The position numbers were made by a program, and so were the translations under genes. Below the pieces are notes generated by a model. It saw nothing but the letters and a program-made list of their open reading frames with translations. It was not told the DNA's origin and made no database searches. A DNA stretch of 37,177 bases from Rhizaria sp. SCN 62-66 (lineage: Eukaryota). Shown one piece after another: positions 10,892 to 22,313 of the stretch. Positions within the stretch are counted from its first letter, which is position 1. The number at the start of each line of letters is the position of its first letter. The stretch lies in contig MEDY01000308.1 of assembly GCA_001724265.1 (NCBI GenBank), positions 1-37,177 of the forward strand, given 5' to 3'.

Positions 10892-13800
10892 GCGGCTGGA
10901 CGGCGCGCGTGCTGGTGGGCGCGGCTGCGACACGCACGGCCGCGACACGCACGGCAGCCACGCGCGGCTTCGCACCGGCCCCGCCCGCCGCGGCGAAGGG
11001 CGACAGCGAAGACAGCGGCGACTGCAGGCCGCCGGGCCCGGCGCCGAGCGACCCCGCCGCGCTGCTACCCGCGGTCGCCGCGGTGGAGGCCGCGGTGGCG
11101 GGGATTGCCGGCGGGGCTGCAGCAGAAGCGGGGGGAGCGGCGACCGCGGCGGCACCGACGCTGGAGCCCGACCCCGAGCCAGAGCCAGTCGCAGTCGCTG
11201 TGCCGCTGCCCGCCGTGGCCGTGGCCGCGGATGCGAGCGCAATGGGGCTCGCATCCACACCAACGTCGGCGTCGTCGGCCTCGTGCGTCGACGTCGTCGT
11301 CGCCGCGATGACGGCGCCGGCGCCAGACGGAGACCGCGACCGCGACAACGATTGCGGCGAGGGCGACTGCAGCGCAGAGTCGGTCTCCTCAGCGGCGTCG
11401 TCGAACTCGTTGGCGATGCCCGCAGCGACCGACGGCAGATCCACCTCGGCGTCGTCTGCTGGAGCCGCAGCATGAGCACCAGCCCCAATGGCGAGCTCAG
11501 CAATGGAGTCAAGCATCGAGTCCGACTCGAGCAGCGGCTCGGCCACCGGCTCCAGCGCGGGCGCAGACACAGGGGCGGCCGCCGACGCGGAGACAGGGGC
11601 AGGCGGAGCGAGCGACCGCGCCGTCGGCTGCGGCGGCAGCTGCACCCGCGGCGCCTGCATCAGCGGCGGCGGCGAGCCCCCGACCGGGAGCGTGAAGTAT
11701 GTCGACGAGTCGCCCGACTCGGCCGTCGCCGCGACGCTGACCGAGCGCGCCGCCACGGAGCCGGCGCCGGAAGCCTCGCTCACTAGGGCGCCCGGTTTGG
11801 CGAGCGCGCCCGTGCCGTCGACATCGACGCCGTCGCTGACAGAGACTGCACCGTTCGTAGTAACAACAGCCGCGGCGGCGGTCGCAGTGCGCTCGCTCGC
11901 GACGACGTCGCTGCCGGCGTCGCGGTTCACGGCCGCAGCGGCGTTCGCGAGCGCGCGCGAGGACGAGGACGGGGTGAGCGCGGCCGACGCCAGGACGCCG
12001 GTGGGCACGGAGCGGCGGGCCTTGCGCTTCGCGCGGTCGCGGCGCGCCTGCTTGATGTCCGACGCGCGGCGCAGACGCGGGGTCGAGGCCACGTCAGCAA
12101 GCGCGGGCGAGCTGGAGCCCGCGCCGGGCTTGTCGTCGAGGATGCTGGCGCTGAGGTTGTTGTTGTCGCCGTCGCCGTCGCCGTCGTCATCGTACGCGTC
12201 GCTGTCGCCACCCGAGAGGCCGTCTTGCTCGCCGTCACGCTCGCAGTAGTCCCCGCCGTCGTGGTCCTTGTCCTTGCTGGTATTGCTGTTGTTAAGCGCG
12301 TCGGGTCCGTCGCAGTCGTCGCGCGCGGCCGCGGCGCCCGCGTCGAGCGCGGCGCGTCGCCGGCCGCTCTTGGCGCTCGTTGAGTTAGGGTTGTAGTTGA
12401 TGTTGCTGTTGTTGTTCCGTGCCACCGCCCCGCTGCTGCCGCCGCTGTTGTTGTTCCCCGCGGCGTCGCCGTCGAGCTCGGAATCCGAGTGCGCGCGACT
12501 GCCCGCGCCCCCCGCCTCTCCGCTGAGCGAGAGGCGCACGACGCGGTCCGCGATGGCGGCGGCAGCGGCGTTGTAGCGGTACCGGCCGTTCTTGCTCTTG
12601 CTGCCATGGCGGCCGTACGTCGGCTGTCCCGCGATCGTCAGCGCGGCCGGGGACTGCGGAGGGAGAGGGACACCGGCGGCAGCGCCAGAGCCGCCACCAC
12701 CGCCGCCACCGCCACCGCCGCTGCCACCGGCGGCGATGGCGGCGAGGTTCTGCATCGAGCTGTTCCGGGAGGCACCCAGAGCGAGGCCGTGACCCTGGCT
12801 CTGCCCCTGTTGACCCTGGCCCTGGCCCTGGCCCTGCGAGTGCGATCGCGTGCCAGCAAGCCGCAGCGACGCGGCCGACGCGTTCGACGCCTGGCTCTGG
12901 CGGCGGCCACGTTTGTCTTTGTTCGACACCTGTCCACCGCCGCGCGCGTCGCGCCGCGAGGACAGAGTGCGCTCCATCCGGTCGCACTGCTCGTCGTACT
13001 TACTGTGGCCGTCAGACTCGTAGCTGGGCGTCGAGGACGCGTCGTCCACGGCCACGTCGCCGTCGCCGTCGCCGTCGCCGTGTGCGCCGTGCACGCGGTC
13101 GTAGCGCCCGTCGCGCGTGCGCGTGCGCGTGCGGCGTCGGCCCTGGTGGCCCTCGCCCTCGCCCTCGCTGAAGTCGCCCTCGCCGCCGCCGCCGTCGTTG
13201 CCCTCGCACTCGCTCTCGGGCTCCCGCTCGCGCGCGCCCTCGCTGTCATCGCGGTCGTTCCCGTCGCCGTCGTCGTTGCCGTGGGCGCTGTAGAAGCTGC
13301 TGTCGGCCGCGTGCGCGTCGTCGCCGCGGTGGTGCCTCGCACCGACGATGACGGTGGCAGCAGAAGCACTGGCAGCGTCGTCGTCGTTCTCGCCCCGCTG
13401 GCTATTGTCGGCGTGGATGTGGCTGGCGTTGCTCTTGCGCTTCTCTTTGTTCTTCTTCTTTTTCTTGCTCGCCTTGCTGTCACCGAGGTTCAGCTTCACA
13501 TCGTCAGCGGCAACGACGCCGTCGACGCCGTCCTCAGCGGCGGCCTTGACAGCAGCAGCAGCGGCCGCAGTGATGACGTTGTTTTCGCCGTTACCGGGAT
13601 TGCTGCTGTCGCCACTGGCGATCGGCACCAGCGTCGACATCGTCGACAGTGGCAGCGGCACAGTCGAGCTGTTGGTGCGCGACCGCCTGCCGGTCGCGCT
13701 CGCGCTCGCACTCGCACTGCTCAATACGGCAGCGGCAGAGGCGGCAGCGGTCGGCGCGGCAGCGATCAGCTTAGTACTCTCAGCAGCAGATGCGCCACCG

Positions 13801-15265
13801 TCTTCGTCGCCGTCTTCACGCTGCTCCTTCGACTGCCCGTGACCGTGGCCGTGGCCGTAGCCGTGAGCTCTACCGACAGCGCTGCCGGCGACGCTGGCGG
13901 CCGCGCTGGCCACGTACACGGCCGTGCGGTCCGAGGCCGCCTGCAGCTCGCGTCGGTTGTGCAGGTCGATCGAGTGGTACACGCGGTCGTCTGAGTCGCC
14001 GCCGGAGCCCGACGCCGTGTCGTCCGGGTCCAGTTCGTTGTGAGGGTCGAACGCGCGGTTGCCGCCGCCGCCGCGCTTGCCCGAGCGCCGACGGCTGCTG
14101 CTGCTGTGCTTGAGCTTGAGCGGCTGTGCGAGCCCGCGGCGGCGGCTGCCCGAGCTGCCGTGGCTGCTGGCCGCGGGCGCGAGCGCGAGCGGGACCGGCG
14201 ACGTGGCGTGCACAGGAAACATCTGCGCCAGCTCCCGACGCGTGATGCCGCTGCCGACCTCGATGTCGTCGGGGTCCGTCGCGTCGCTGCCGGTCATCTC
14301 GTCGTCATCGTCATCGTCGACGTCATCGTCGTCGTCGTCGTCGCCGCCGGTCTCGGTCATCGTCTCCGTGTCAGTGTAATGGGACGGCGCGCGGAACTCG
14401 TGGTAATGGCCCTGCGCCAGGTGGCCCTGCACGCGGCTGTGTCGCCGCCGCCGCGCGCGCCCGCCGCCGGCCTGCGCGCTCGAGGCCGTCCCATCGGCGC
14501 TGCCGTCCACCGCGCCCGAGTCGTGCTGGTTCATCGCTGCTGCCAACACCGAAGGCAGCAGCACCGCCAGCCCCTCGGCCTCGGCCTCGGCTTCCTCGGC
14601 GGCCTCGGCGGCGTCCGCGGCGTCGGCCCGGCCCCCCTCGGCCTCCGCCGCCACCGCCACCCCGTTGCCCGCGCTGTTAACCGCGGCCGTGTACGCCGCG
14701 ACGGCCGCGACGGCGGCGGCGGAGTCGGGCGTGTGGTCTGGGTGAGCGATGATGGGGAAGCCCCCGCTGGCGACGGCGAACTGCGACAGCGACGCCGCGG
14801 GCGTGGGGTAGCCCTGCAGCAGACCGCGGAACATCGGGCTGCCGAGCGCGCCCGCGCCCCCTGCCACGCCGCCGGCGGGATCGCTGGGCAGCACGGTCAG
14901 CGACGCGAAGCTGTGGTGCACCGACTCGGCGAAGGCGGCGTTCTCGGCCAGCCGGCTCGCCAGACTGCCCGCGGTCGCGATGCCCCCGACGCCGCCGACG
15001 CCGCCGACGCCACCCAGCGCACCGGCGGTCGCGGGCGTGCTGTTGCTGCTGCCGTTGTTGTTTGCGCCGGCCATGAGCGCAAGCATGACCTGCTGCGAGG
15101 CTGCGAGGCCCGCGCCGACCGGGAGACTGCCGCCCACGGCCGCGCCCGCGCTGCCGCTGCCGAGCGCGAGGGTGGTGCGCGGCGGCAGGCTGCCCCAGAT
15201 CGCGCTCGACGAGTCGAAGCTGCTCGACATAAGCAGGCTGGTGTTGTTGAGGCTATTCGCACTGT

Positions 15266-15296
<31 letters not shown>

Positions 15297-18026
15297 GTTG
15301 TTATCGCGCGCGAGCGGGTTGGCGATGCCCACGGTGCCCACAGTGACGTACTGCGGCCGCAGCAGCCCCGCCCGGTGCATCGGCAGCAGGCGGGTTTGGC
15401 CGCTGCCGCCGGTCGACACCAGCCCGGTCCCCGTGCCCGTCCCCGCGCCAGCGCCAGCGCCAGCGCCGGGGCCCGCGGAGACGCCCAGGGCACCCATGCG
15501 CAGAGTGGGCGTACCCGGCACGGCGCCCGCGCTGCCAGGGTTTGCATTCGCGCTCGCGTTCACGGAGACGGACATGCCGGCGACGTTCGCAACGGCGCCG
15601 GCGCCGGCGTTGTCGCCGTTGATATGGTTGTTGAATCCGGCTTCGCCGTCGTTGTTGGCGCAGTTGTCGCCGTCGTTGATCTGCGCGTTGCTATTGTTGT
15701 GATTGCTGGTCAGCGGACCGGGGCTGGAGACGGCCTGCCCCCCGTTGTTGCTGTTGCTGCCCAGCGCGGAGCCGGCGCGTGGGGCCGCCCCGGAGCCGGA
15801 GCCGGGGCTGCTGGCGCCGCCGTCGGCCCCCAGGTTGGGCTCGGAGGCGGGGCTCGGACCGGGGATTCCGATCGCACTAGGCATCGTTTGGCTCCGACTT
15901 AAGACCTGGCCCTGGCCCTGATTTTGGCCGGGCTTGCTGAAGTGGGCCGAGTAGGTCGGTGAGTTGGGCGAGAAGCCGTAGGGCATCGTCTGCATGAGCT
16001 GCATTTGGCGCTGGAACTGCTGGATCTGCTGCTGCTGTTGCTGTTGCTGCTGCTGCTGCTCCCGCTGCTGATCGCGCTGTTGCTGCTCCCGCTGCTGCTG
16101 TTGCTGCTGCTGTTGCTGCTGCTTCTGCAGCGCGTGCATCTGCAGCGTTTGCCAGTGGAAATACTGCGCATGCATGTGTGGGCTCACGGCCGCGGCGTGC
16201 AGGTGGCTGTGCGCGGGGTGGCCGTGTGCGCCCGCGGCCCCCGCCAGCGACTGCGCGTGCAGGTGCGCCGCGTGATGCGCCCCCCCCGCGGCGGCCACGG
16301 CGGCCGTGATGGCTGCATGCTGCTGTTGCTGCTGGTACTGTGCCGTCGCCGCCATGGGGTGGAACCCGGCAGCGAGATGCATCAGCCCCGGCGGCAGTCC
16401 CGCTAGCAGCGGGCCGTGGGTGTGAAGCCCGTGTCCGTGTCCATGGATGAAGCTGTGTCCGTGTCCGTGGCCGTGCGCGGCGGCGTGGACGTGCGCGGCG
16501 GCGGCGACGGCGACGGCCGCGCTGTGGTTGCCGTACAGGTGCGCCTGCAGCGCGGCGGGCGGCACGGACGTCAGGTCGGGCAGAGAGTGGCCCAGCACGG
16601 CGCCCGGCACGGACCCGTGGCCCGCGAGCGGCATCACGGGCCCGCCCCCCGGGCCGCGCAGCTGCATCGGGATCGGGGCTAGGGGGAGCGAAGCTAGGCC
16701 GCCCCCCAGCGAAGCGGTGGCGCCAGTGGAGGGAGGCGTGGCGGCTGACGTAGGGCGTGAACTCGCGATGCTGCTGTTGCTGTTGCTGCTGTTGCTGTTG
16801 TTGTTGTTGCTGGCACTCAAGGCCGCGCCGACCGCATTCGCGCTCGACGCCGCGGCCACCGGACTTGGCACCGGGATCGCGACAGCGCCGGGCAGCGCCG
16901 TCACGTTCTTGGGGATCATCAGCGCCGCCGGCCGCTGGTGCCGTAGCGCGCCCGCCATCGCGCCCCCCAGCGGCGCGCCGGGAGCAATAGTCCCGGGGGT
17001 CGAGCCGGCCGCGCTGCTGACGGACGCAGCGGGTGGCGGCGGCGGCGGCGGCGGCGCGACTGGAGCTGACATGGGGGGTGCAATAGCAGTGGTGGAGGCC
17101 GAGACGGGCGGGGGAGGTGCCAGAGGGGGCGGCGCCCGAGCGGCAAGCCCCAAAGCGTTGATGCCGCCGCGGTGGGCAAGAAAGGAGGAGGGCGCCATGG
17201 CGAGGCCCGTGTTGGCGGTCAAACGCATGCCTTGCTGGTGCTGGTGCTGGTGCTGGTGCTGCTGATGCTGCTGGTGATGTTGTAGTTGTTGTTGCTGCGG
17301 TTGTTGCAGCTGTGCACCGGGATCGGCTGCTGGAGCGAGCGCCAAGGCCGCGGGCGCAGCCACGTCCGCGTCGGCGGCGGCGCGAGCCCCGGCGGGATCG
17401 GGGCCGTCACCGTTGCTTGCGGACTGCAGTGACTCGTGCGGGAGGGACTCAATGCTGTGAAATTCCCCGACCGGCGCTGGTCGTGGAATAAGTGGCGACA
17501 CACGCATACTCACCTCGTCATCGGACGCATCAGTGGCAGCCGCGTTCTCCGGTCCAACGCCATTGATGTCGACGTGTAGTTGGGCAGCGAGAACGTCCTC
17601 GTCTTCCTCGTTGTCGATGTCATTGTCGTTGGTTTCTAGTTCTTCGTGGGTCTCTTTGTTGTCGCCCCCGTCGCCGGCGTCGTCGCCGTCGTCGTTGTTT
17701 TGCCGGCTCGCGTGCTGTAGCCGCTGCATCTCGGCCACATCTTCGGGCCGCATGCCTTCGACCACATCGCCAGCGTCTCCAGCAGCAGCGGCAGAGGCGG
17801 AGGATGCAGAGGAGCATGAACGAGGGCTAGCGCCCGCGCCGAGGCCCGGGTTCGCTTGGGCGTCGGCACCGTTGCTGTCAGCCTCGCCGTCGCCGCGGGC
17901 GTCGCGTGGTGGCGCGCGCGAGGACGAGGCGGCCGCGGCGGAGGTGCGCGGGGAGCGCGGCGGCGGCAGCGGGGGCGACTGCGACTCGGCTCGGGGCGGC
18001 CCGTGCTCCGTTGGCGGCGTTGACAT
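5256..18026 (-). CDS. Giant low-complexity protein with SAM domain and C-terminal tyrosine-kinase-like domain; one frame of ~4256 codons interrupted by an in-frame TAG at 10680-10682
   Basis: ORFs 10680..18041 and 5256..10652 are in the same frame and read ...GSNVVVVGS*SKDFAEAPAVSRPPS.... There is no AT-rich spacer between them and codon style is continuous. The first ATG is at 18026 (the ORF-track start at 18041 is TTG). The final stop TAA is followed by an AT-rich 3' region. Confidence 0.7.
5380..6340 (-). other. Protein kinase domain (TK/TKL-like, non-RD); boundaries approximate
   Basis: Motifs: LYVIK (beta3 Lys), LAHEMRFY (alphaC Glu), AYAKGGTLEAWL (hinge), HMARAVYVLH, HGDVALRNCLL (catalytic loop), VLCDFEHAR, LPPECAPE, SDVYSLG, PDRRC. 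Confidence 0.88.
8170..8360 (-). other. SAM (sterile alpha motif)-like domain; boundaries approximate
   Basis: LSPAEVVMWLRTLKCPESLCMHVYMAGISGALLAQAECLDDLDFIPYRLWRKEVLAALATRL fits the SAM pattern (V..WL..L....I.G..LL....DL......R.K.L.AL). Confidence 0.7.
16027..16130 (-). repeat. CAG/CAA trinucleotide tract encoding polyglutamine (with QQREQQ/QQRDQQ units)
   Basis: Runs of ctg/ttg on the plus strand, translated as KQQQQQQQQQQREQQQRDQQREQQQQQQQQQQQ. Confidence 0.85.
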
Positions 18027-18838
18027 TCTGCGCTGGGCCAAGTGGCAGGGTGAAACAAGTAGTGTTTACGGTGTCGTAGCCTGCTGGGGAGCGGTGTCGA
18101 GCCTGAGGTGGTGTTATCGGTCGGGGTCGACTGAGTTTGCGGATGGAAAGGAACGGAGTGTGGGTGAATGGTGAGGGCACGGGAAAAAAGAGAATAAACG
18201 ATAGTTAGATCAACATTCTAAAATACAATCAAGGGTGAACTCAAACAAAAGAGCACAGAATATATTAAAACACCACCCACATGCCGCTAGTCGGAAAGAT
18301 GCGTCCATTATTCGCTTCCAAATTTATTCGAAGTTGTGTGTGGTAGGGGTTGTGTCTGGACGTCTGGACTTGTCACCAACATCCATCTTCGCAGGTATAT
18401 CGCATTACAGGTCGTGAGAATACCACGAGAAATAATTAAATGATAGAGCAAGAGAGACGACAGTGGAGCGGAGTAGTATAACACTGGTAACCTGTATTAA
18501 ATGTTTTCAGAGCCTCTGGCTTGCATCAAGATTCTTTTTGGGTACAGCGCTTTTTAGAGAGAGAAGAGATAGAAAGAAGAAAGAAAGATAGAAATAAGAG
18601 CACAAAACACAAAACACAAGCGCTTACTAGACGTAGTATAGTTGCACTCTGTGCCAAGCTATCATGGACATCCCATCGTTTCATTTGACAAACAGTCGCA
18701 CACGGATCCTCCTAACAAAACCAACCACTTTAGTAGTAGTCCACTCGTTGTCGTCGCAAGTGGCACGACAACGCCTCCACACAACAAGCTATCATTGTTG
18801 CCTGTTGCTTTTGAGTCAAAGAGTTCTGAAGATTTAAC

Positions 18839-18940
18839 TTAGAACTTCTTGGCAGGGGCCGCAGCAGCGGGGGCAGCCTTTGCATCGGCAGTGACGTTGG
18901 CGGGGGCAGCAGCAGCAGCGGGCTTAACAGCAGCGGGCTT

Positions 18941-18982
<42 letters not shown>

Positions 18983-20344
18983 GGCGGCAGGGGCGGCGGG
19001 AGCAGCAGCGGGAGCAGCGGCAGCCTTGGCGGGAGTGGGAGCCGGGGCAGCAGCGGCCTCCTTGGCGGCAGCCTTAGCCTCAACCTTGGCAGCGGAGGCC
19101 TTGTCGAGGACGTTGACGGCACTCTTGCCGGCCTTGTTGGTGGCAGCGAGCTGGGCCTTGATCTTGGAGATGGCCTTGGAGGTGGTCTCGGAGATGCGGT
19201 GGAAGATCTTGCCGACGGACTTCTGGGCAGAGATGCAGTCGGCGGAGGCGGGGTTGTCCTCGCACTTGCGCTTGACGAGGAGGCCCTGGTCGGCGACGGC
19301 GACGGAATCCTTGTTCAGGGCGGTGACCTGCGCGTTGATGAGCTTGGTGGCCTCCTGGCGGGCGTCACGGTGCTGCTTGTCGAGGCGGGCCTTCTCGCGG
19401 AGAACGCAGGCCTCGTTGGCCTCGTTGGGCTCGACGGGGCACTCGGCAGCGCCGACCTTGATCGCGGCGGGGGCAGCGGCGGCGGGGGTGTCCTCGAGGA
19501 AGGCACCGGCCTGCTTGAGAGCGTTCTCAGTGCGACTGTTGGCGTCCTTGACCTTCTGAGAGACGTCGTTGAGAGCCTTGTTAACAGGGTTGTTCTTGAC
19601 GGCGTTGTCAACCTTGGTCTTGACGCCGTTGACGGCATCCTTGACGGACTTCTTGACAGCGTTGGAGACCTTGGCGGAGGCGGCCTTGACAGAGTTGGAG
19701 ACCTTGGCAGCGGCGGCCTTGGCCTTCTCGACAGCGAGCTTGGCAGTGGCAGCGGCAGGCTTGGCGGTGGCGGTGGCATTCTTCGTGTTAGCGGCGGCGG
19801 ACTTGGTGGCGTTCTTAGCCTTGGCAGCAGCAGCCGCGCCAGCCTTGTCGGCCTTGGGGGCAGCAGTCACGAGGACGGGGTCGGCCTCGGCGTCAACCTC
19901 AGACTCGAAGAGGGCCGCCGGAGCAGCAGGCTTCTTGGTGTTAGCGGCGGGGACCTTGGCAAGCTTGGGCTTCTGGCCGGGCTTGGCGGGGGGAACGACC
20001 TTCTTGGGGACGGGCTTGACGGTGGCGTTAGCGTTAGCGGTGGCGTTACCCTTGGCAGCAGCAGCCTTGATAGCAGCAGCCTTAGCCTCAGCAGGGGTAA
20101 GCTTCTTGGGAGCAACCTTCTTGCCAGCCGCGGGCTTGGCGGGAGCGGGAGAGGCGGAAGTGTCCTCAGACTCGTACTCGGCGTCGAGCTCGGCAAAGAC
20201 GTAGGCGTCCGAGTTGACGTGGTCGAGGTAGGCGGATGAAGCCTCGAGCTGGTCAACAGACTCGCGGGCAATCACGACCTCAGCACCGATGGCGAGCTGA
20301 GCAGCGAAGCCCAGAACGAAGAGCGTCAGAGCGACAAACTTCAT
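18839..20344 (-). CDS. Secreted Ala/Lys/Pro-rich modular protein, ~501 aa, with amphipathic 11-mer repeats and a Cys-paired helical domain
   Basis: True start is ATG 20344 (MKFVALTLFVLGFAAQLAIGA signal peptide); the upstream ORF extension is pyrimidine-rich intron-like sequence. Strong GCT/GCC/AAG/CCC codon bias, several N-A-T sequons, C-x10-C and C-x8-C pairs. Stop is TAA. Confidence 0.88.
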
Positions 20345-20348
20345 CACA

Positions 20349-20537
20349 CTGAGCAGGGGAGGGGGAGGAATCAACAGAAGCAAAGACAACGAGAGCAAAA
20401 GAGAGCGTGGGAAGGTAAGGGGGCAGGAAAGATGGGGCACGGCGAGGGCATCGGGCTGACCAGAAGAAGTCAGCAAGGAAGGAGCAGACCGGGGTCAGAG
20501 AGCAGCTGGGCCCAACTCTTAACAAGGCCATTCTCAC
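20349..20537 (-). other. Putative 5'-UTR intron of the secreted modular protein gene
   Basis: Minus strand: GTGAGA donor at 20537, long polypyrimidine tract, CTCAG acceptor 4 nt before the ATG. Confidence 0.5.
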
Positions 20538-20925
20538 GCGATGTGGGCGCTGTTGAGTCCCCGCGCTTGGTAGAGAGGTGTTAGCGAGGGCAACACATGA
20601 TAGAGAAACAATAACATAAGTATTACATGCGGTGGAAGGGCACACCGAGCTGGACAAGAAGAACCTGCCTCCTTTGGCCAACTCAGGTGCTCCCGTCTCA
20701 CCCTCAATTGGCCGCCTACGATTAGTAAGCCAAGCGTATTCTTCTAGCCAGAAAGAATATAAAAGATTAATCTAGGACACATCATGTTGAAATACACCAA
20801 ATCCCAAAAGAGCGATTGCAGCAGCAACGGAAACCATTTTTGAGCGCGTCTTGTCTGCCTCGCTCTAAGCGGCTAGGCCCAGCCAGACCCCTTAGACGGC
20901 TGGCTTGCAAATTAAATTTCTTTTT

Positions 20926-20957
20926 CCGACCGACCGTCCGACCGACTGACCGACTGA
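20926..20957. repeat. Degenerate (CCGA)n tetranucleotide array in a divergent promoter
   Basis: ccgaccgaccgtccgaccgactgaccgactga, lying between the divergent starts at 20344(-) and 21123(+). Confidence 0.7.
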
Positions 20958-21122
20958 TAATGGCGGGCGGACCTCGATTGACCACAAACACTTCAGCAAA
21001 AACATTAAAGTTGCATTTTCGCGTTGTATTATCCGTCGATAGAAATATCATTAGACTTTTGAAGTAAATCTCTATCAATTATTAAGTATTTGTTTTTGAT
21101 TCCACCTAGGAGTAAGAGTATA

Positions 21123-22313
21123 ATGTCTAATATTGAAGCGACTACTACTGCTCCGAACAATCGGGCGCTCGCGACAGACCAATGGCTGAACGTTCTCTCG
21201 TTCTTGGACTCGTCTGACGTTGCCCAGATGGGCCGCGTCTCGACATACTTTTCGCAACTTGCCCCTATGTCTATCACTGTCTCGGCGCGAAACAGCGAGC
21301 GCTCCCTCGCTCTGCGCGGCGTCGAGAGCGCCATGGAAGCAATCGGTCTGCGTGAGGGACTCGAATCGACTGAGAGCAAGCTTTTGCAAGAAGGCTTCGA
21401 CCAAGGATTCGTTCACGGCTCGCACCAGGTACGCTCTCATACATTACATTTCCTTCAAGTACGTGTTGCACTTATTTCTTTTCAAAATCACCTCATGTCC
21501 CTTCTTCTCCGCCTCAACTTGCTTCTTGCTTGTCAATTCCCTCAGACGTTTCGTTCCGGTGTCGAGCGCGGTTGCCTCGCCGCACTCGCGCTGCTTACTG
21601 CCCACGGGCCGCACCCGCTCCCCGCTGTTGCCGCCACTGCTGACCACGCGTCTCTTGTGTCCGCATCGAACGCATCGAACGAGAACTTTAGCTCAACAGC
21701 GAGCTCTAGCTCAAGCTCTAGCTCTGTGGCGCCTTTGCCAACGACAGCGCTGTTGCGCCTGGCCGAGCTCACGCGCGACGCGAAGGCCGTCGAGATCGCG
21801 GGCTACTACGCCCCGGGCGGTGAGGGCCACACCGCGCTTACGGCCGCCGCTGCCGCCGCCGCGGCCGCCTCGACGACAACCGCGTCCGCTGCCGCCGCGT
21901 ACGCCCGCGCCGAGCCTGCGGTGTCTGCGGCGGCGCGCGAGGCCGACCGGGCCGTGCACACGCGCCCCGGCATCCCCGTCTCCGTGCTCTCCGCCGTCCT
22001 GCCACCGCGCCCGTCCCAGCAGCAGCAGCAACAGGGCACTTGCGCTGAGACCACTGCACCCGCGACCGGGCCTGTAAGCGTGCGCGCGAGCGGCCACGCC
22101 GGGTGCGCTCTTGCGGGGCGGTGGCCCGGGGAGGCCGCCGCGCTGGTGGCGCGCGTGGAGGCCGCGCTGGCCGCGGCGGCAGCCGACGCCGACGCAGGGT
22201 GCGCACGGGCCATTCTGGCTGCAATTGAGGACGTCAGCAAGGGCGGCGCGGCGGGGGCGGATGCTGTCGGGAGGGAGGTTGCTGTGCCGCTGCCGCTGCC
22301 ACATGTGGAGTGA
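21123..22313 (+). CDS. Yae1_N-family protein with an N-terminal F-box-like motif, join(21123..21428,21546..22313), ~357 aa
   Basis: ATG at 21123. LATDQWLNVLSFLDSSDVAQMGRVSTYFSQLA is F-box-like. IGLREGLESTESKLLQEGFDQGFVHGSHQ|TFRSGVERGCLAAL matches the Yae1 G-x3 repeat signature (G.REG.......LQEGFD.GF..G). Stop is TGA. Confidence 0.72.
   Translation: MSNIEATTTAPNNRALATDQWLNVLSFLDSSDVAQMGRVSTYFSQLAPMSITVSARNSERSLALRGVESAMEAIGLREGLESTESKLLQEGFDQGFVHGSHQVRSHTLHFLQVRVALISFQNHLMSLLLRLNLLLACQFPQTFRSGVERGCLAALALLTAHGPHPLPAVAATADHASLVSASNASNENFSSTASSSSSSSSVAPLPTTALLRLAELTRDAKAVEIAGYYAPGGEGHTALTAAAAAAAAASTTTASAAAAYARAEPAVSAAAREADRAVHTRPGIPVSVLSAVLPPRPSQQQQQQGTCAETTAPATGPVSVRASGHAGCALAGRWPGEAAALVARVEAALAAAAADADAGCARAILAAIEDVSKGGAAGADAVGREVAVPLPLPHVE
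21429..21545 (+). other. Spliceosomal intron (117 nt, phase 0, no in-frame stop)
   Basis: CAG|GTACGC donor, T/C-rich body, CCCTCAG|ACG acceptor. Removal restores continuity of the Gly-repeat helix. Confidence 0.82.

Noticed and set aside
20345-20476. N-terminal extensions in the ORF track (also 21090-21122, 33412-33555, 37073-37144, 18027-18041)
   Set aside because: They mostly begin at non-ATG codons and/or lie in pyrimidine-rich intron or UTR sequence ending in YAG. The signal peptide or domain starts at the downstream ATG or exon.
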